From an uncultured Gammaproteobacteria bacterium (GTDB lineage Bacteria; Pseudomonadota; Gammaproteobacteria; Steroidobacterales; Rariloculaceae), in contig CAVOVT010000013.1 in the NCBI GenBank assembly GCA_963699925.1, forward strand, positions 25,187-89,186: a stretch of DNA of 64,000 bases. The letters run 5' to 3'. The position numbers and the translations under genes were made by a program. Positions 60,098 through 64,000 of the stretch are shown one piece after another (the first letter of the stretch is position 1; each line of letters starts with the position of its first letter). Under the pieces are notes generated by a model that did no database searches, was not told the DNA's origin, and saw only the letters and a program-made list of their open reading frames with translations.

Positions 60098-61175
60098 ATG
60101 AGCACACCCGACGCAGACGAGCGCCGCCGTCGCGCTGGCGGCCGAGCACGAAGCCGCGGGGCGGCACGAGGATGCCGTCGACGAGCTCGCGAGGGCGGCC
60201 GAGCGCGGCGACGTCGAGGCCACGACGGAGCTCGGCAAGCGTCTGATCCTCGGCGACCTCGGTCCGCAGTTGCCGCAGGACGGCACGCGCCTGCTCGTCG
60301 ACGCGGTGGCGGCCGGCAGCGTCGAAGCCGCGCTGCGGCTCGCGACGCTCGCAGCGCTCGGCAGCTACGTCGAGCAGAGCTGGTCGCGAGCGCTCGGCTT
60401 GCTCGTATTCGCGGCCGAGAAAGGCTCGTCCGCTGCCCGCGGGCAGCTAGAGCTCTTCGCGCGCCGGCGACTGGCGGACAGCGAGCCTGCGGCCGGCGAA
60501 TGGCGCCGACTCGCCGAGAGCATCGACTTCGCGACCTGGATTTCGCCGGCTCGCAGCGTGTCGCTGCACGACGACCCGGCCGTCCGGAGCTTCCCCGAGT
60601 TCACGGAGGACGACGTCTGCTCGTGGCTGATCGAGCGCGCACGCGGCAACCTGAGGCGCGCGCTCGTCTACGACGCGGCCCACGGGCACGACATCGCGGA
60701 TCACATGCGCACCAACACGGCGGCCGGTTTCGATCTGATGACCGCGGATCTCGTCCAGGTCGCGCTTCAGTATCGGATGGCGGTGTCGGTCGGCCTGCCG
60801 ATCGAAAACATGGAGGGACCGACGGTGCTGCACTACGAGGTCGGTGAGGAGATCACGAACCACTACGACTTCCTGAACCCGCGCAGCCCGAACTATCAGG
60901 ACGAGATCAGCCGCCGCGGCGAGCGGATCATCACGTTCCTCGTCTATTTGAACGACGACTATGGCGGCGGCGAGACCGAGTTCCCGAAGCTCGGAATCCG
61001 CCACAAGGGCAAGCGCCGCGAGGGCCTGTTGTTCGTGAACGCGCTGCCGAGCGGGCCGCCCGACCTGCGCATGGTCCACGCCGGCACGCCGCCGACGAGC
61101 GGCGAGAAATGGATCGTCTCGCAGTTCATCCGCAACCGCGCCGTGCTCAACACACGCGCCGAGCGCGTCGCGTAA
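60098..61175 (+). pseudogene. Sel1/TPR-like repeat protein fused to a prolyl-4-hydroxylase-type 2OG-Fe(II) oxygenase domain; probable frame break just after the start
   Basis: ORF 60270..61175 (TTG) carries the oxygenase (NHYDF = HxD, RMVHAG, KWIVSQFIR). The same frame is open upstream to 60101 and encodes further Sel1-like text (AAEHEAAGRHEDAVDELARAAERGDVEATTELGKRLILGD) but has no start codon. The only ATG (60098) is in another frame, so a 1-nt error near 60122 is likely. The safe core is 60270..61175. Confidence 0.7.
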
Positions 61176-61182
61176 AAGAAAA

Positions 61183-61207
61183 ACGGCGGGCCAAGGGCGC
61201 CCGCCGT
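61183..61207 (-). terminator. intrinsic terminator of the TonB-receptor gene (hairpin + T-run on the minus strand), shared by the convergent oxygenase gene
   Basis: The minus strand reads ACGGCGGGC-gcccttg-GCCCGCCGT followed by TTTTTCTTTTA. It lies between the convergent stops at 61175 and 61230. Confidence 0.6.
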
Positions 61208-61229
61208 CGATTCAGCGCGTCTAGAACGA

Positions 61230-64000
61230 TCAGAAGGTCAGTGTTGATGCCGCGTAGTAACTACGTCCGAGAATGTCGTAGTAGTCGGGCTTCGTCACCT
61301 CGGCGTTGTGGTCGGAGGCCGTGTAGCCGTAGATCGGCGGCTGCTTGTCCATCAGGTTGTCGATGCCCAGGCGTAAGGGCATCTTCTCGTTGAGGGTGAA
61401 GCCCGAGAAGAGGCCGAACTCCTGATACGACCCGACTCCGGACACGGTCGTAGCCGGGTTACGCGAGGCGCTCTCGTCCTTGATGCTCGGCAGGTACCGC
61501 CAATTCAGGCCGACACTCGCTTTGCCGCCGCTGAAGTTGTATCCCAACGTGCGTGTTCATCTTGTAGTCGAACTGGCCGTTGCGATCGAACGTGCCAGCA
61601 ACGTGCACCACCGCCCCGTTCTTGACGTCCTGCACGTCGTACTTGTCGAGGTACGTGAGATATGCGAGTTGATGTAGAACGGCCCCTTCCTCCAGTTCAC
61701 CGCGATGTCGACGCCCTGGGTCTCCAACGTGCCGGAGTTCACGAACAGCGACACGACCTGCGCGCGCTCGCCCGTTTGCACGTTGCGCTGGATCAACTTA
61801 CACCATCCACCCGGGTCGTTGTACGACAGCGTCGGGTTGCTCGAACCGTTCGCGTTGAAGCACTGCTGATACACGAACAGCGAGTTCACGGGCGCGATCG
61901 CGTCCTGGATCTTGATGTTGTAGATGTCGAACGACGTGGTCAGGTTCTCGAGGGAGCCCGGGCCGTTCAGCACGAGGCCCAAGGTCCAGGTGTCGGCCGT
62001 CTCGGGCCCGACGTTCGGGTTACCGGTCTGCTTCTCGATCTCGAGCGGGAAGAACGCGGGACTGATTCTCGCGAAGTTGGTCGCCGACGGGGTGCCCGCC
62101 ACACCGAATCTCGACGTGGTGTCGTTACTCGGGTCGGTGTCGCTGTTGGCGATGAGGGCCTGGCAGAGCGCCTGGACCTGCAAGCGCGTCGTCGTGTTCG
62201 CGGCGGTGTTGCCCCAGGTCAAGTGCGAGCCGGGCTGATCGCCGTGATCGAACGTGTACGAGCACGGATCGCTCGGCGCGAACGGCACGACGAGCAGCGT
62301 CGGGCCCTGGAAGAGCTCGGCCGTGTTCGGCGCACGCGTCGCGCGCTGGAAACCGCCGCGGACGCTCATCTTCTGCGTCGCGCCCCAGTTGAACAACGCC
62401 TTGTACGTACCGGTGGTGCCGGCCGCCTCGTCCTTGTAGTCGGACTACCGGTAGCCGAGCTCGAAGTTCAGCTTCTTGGTGGCCGGCACGAGCAACTCGC
62501 CGTAGACCTCGGAGACTTCGGTCGAGCCCTTCGTGTGGTTCGACGCGAACAACCCGATCGGGTTGTCCGACACATCGGCGACGTCGTTGATCGGGTCGTA
62601 GACGAAGTCGTTCTTGCGGTTGCTGACACCGGCCGAGAAGCGCAGCTCACCCGACTTCATGTCGGTGATCTTGCCCTGCATGTTGGCTTCGATGATCTGC
62701 TGGCCGAGCCGCGTCTGCGCCTTGCCGCGCGTGTCGATCGCGTCGACGCAGTCTTGCGTGACCTGGGTGATGCCCTGCTGGATGAAGATCGGCAGGCCGC
62801 TCGTGCAAGTCTGAGAGTAATTGCGGCCGGATGCGAACGTGCCCTGGCCCCAGTTCGGCTGGGCGACCAACGACTGATAGCGCTGGAGCGACGGCGTATT
62901 GAAGTTGGTGTTGTCGACCTGCGTATGGCCGGATGAAACGTAGGCTTCCCAAGTCCAGTCGCGGTTCGGCAGATGGCCGTCGACGCCGGCCATGATCTGA
63001 TACACGCCGCTGTTCGTCTCGACCGTGTTCGGGCCGCCGAGGAAGTCGAGCACGCGGAACAGCGTCCACGGATCGTTCGCAGCGCTGATCCCCGCCACCC
63101 CGTTGACCGTCTTCGTGCGCGCATTGAGCAGCGCCTGGAGCGCCGGCGGGATATAGCGCTTGCCGTCGTTCGGAACTCCCGCCGACCATACCGTGATCGC
63201 GGGCGGGAAACCGCCGGTAGTCGTGACGTCCACGCTGCTGTAGTTGCCCTGGATGAACATCTCGAGGGTGTCCGAGATGTCGTAATGCGCGCGGCCGAAC
63301 GCCGAATGGCGCTCAAGAGGCGTCGACGCGTAGCTCATCTGGGTCCCGATTTGGCCGAGGTCGCCGTTCGGGATCTTGCGGACACCGCCAAAGCCGGTGG
63401 TCAAGTTCTGGTCCCACGGCGTGCTCGCGTCGGTGATCGGGCCGTTGTAACCGCGCGCGCCCGTGATCACGAACGGAGAGCCGTCCGGATTGAAGTAGAT
63501 ATCGGTGGTGTTCGTGACCTTACCCGGCGTGTAACCGGGCGTGCCGGCAAAAATGGCGTCGATGGCGGACTGCGGCGGCAGGCCGACGGGGTTACCGTTC
63601 GCCGCCGTGTTCGGCGACCACGCCGCCATCTGCAAGAAGCCGCCGCCGGCGTCGCTGCTCGGGTCGTACCAGCCGTTGTGAAAGAAGTCGCGGTCGCGCT
63701 GCAAGACGTTCTGGCGCGTGTACCACTCGACGCCGAGCATCACGTTGCCTTTCTTGTCGGCCGCGTTGACGCCGAGTAGGGCGGTGCCGCGGTACTCCTG
63801 GCCGTCGCCGCGTTCCGTCGACGTGCCCTTGAAGTCCATGTCGACGCCTTCGAAATCCTTCTTCAGGATGAAGTTCACGACGCCGGCCAAGGCGTCGGCG
63901 CCGTACACGGCGGACGCGCCGCCCGTGATCGTCTCGACACGTTCGATCGCCGCGGACGGGATCGTGTTGATGTCGACGATCAGCGACGCGTTCGCGGGCT
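61230..64000 (-). pseudogene. large TonB-dependent outer-membrane receptor, 5-prime end beyond the window; one in-frame TAG and two frame breaks
   Basis: The frame of ORF 62445..63908 is open to the window edge and shows the plug motif IERVETITGGASAVYGADALAGVVNFI. An in-frame TAG at 62445..62447 interrupts ELGYR-stop-SDYKD. The text continues in ORF 61557..62396, then in another frame (AYLTYLDKYDVQDVKNG...), then in ORF 61230..61547, which ends ...YYAASTLTF (terminal Phe). The frames switch near 61667 and 61552. Confidence 0.85.

Overview
This is a very GC-rich chromosomal segment. Its gene order is the classic gammaproteobacterial housekeeping layout: mreBCD-mrdA-rodA-mltB-rlpA-dac-ybeD-lipB, then gatCAB, then moeB-prmC-prfA divergent from TPR-lolB-tRNA(Gln)-prs-rplY-pth-ychF. 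The taxonomic call rests on synteny only; there is no rRNA to confirm it. I call about 65 protein genes, 2 tRNAs, a few hairpins and one short att-like repeat pair. From left to right the window holds:
- a glycan-modification cluster (0-5.8 kb) followed by a secreted Thr/Ser-rich protein
- a 2-oxoacid dehydrogenase E1ab-E2 cluster with a beta-hydroxyacid dehydrogenase and an AraC regulator
- small accessory genes (VOC, AAC(6')-like GNAT, YbaY/META lipoprotein, DMT, LysE, GFA)
- a Gram-negative sortase with an adjacent LPHTA-tailed substrate (16.9-18.2 kb)
- a lower-GC islet at tRNA-Arg carrying a sulfotransferase
- two paralogous acidic small proteins
- a PMI-like/alanine racemase/class IV aminotransferase operon
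- a roughly 870-aa coiled-coil protein with a polytopic membrane partner
- the elongasome/cell-wall supercluster
- stress and redox genes (Isf-like flavoprotein, two VOC proteins, Hsp33)
- an orphan duplicated FtsX permease
- the translation-factor block
- a NUDIX hydrolase, a Sel1-repeat/prolyl-4-hydroxylase-like oxygenase and a large TonB-dependent receptor running off the right edge

I saw no CRISPR array, rRNA, IS element, integrase or recognisable defence or toxin-antitoxin module.

The dominant technical observation is a large number of single-base frame breaks, roughly 35-40 localised by eye. They cluster in zones (23-36 kb, 52.8-55 kb, 57.5-59 kb, 60-62.5 kb) and hit essential genes, which looks like unpolished consensus rather than real decay.

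The best candidates for undescribed biology are the sortase/LPHTA pair, the coiled-coil plus membrane-protein pair wedged next to the elongasome cluster, the PMI-like-alr-aminotransferase operon, and the absence of hemA and ispE from their otherwise conserved slots.

All coordinates of starts and frame-break sites were derived by hand and may be off by several nucleotides.
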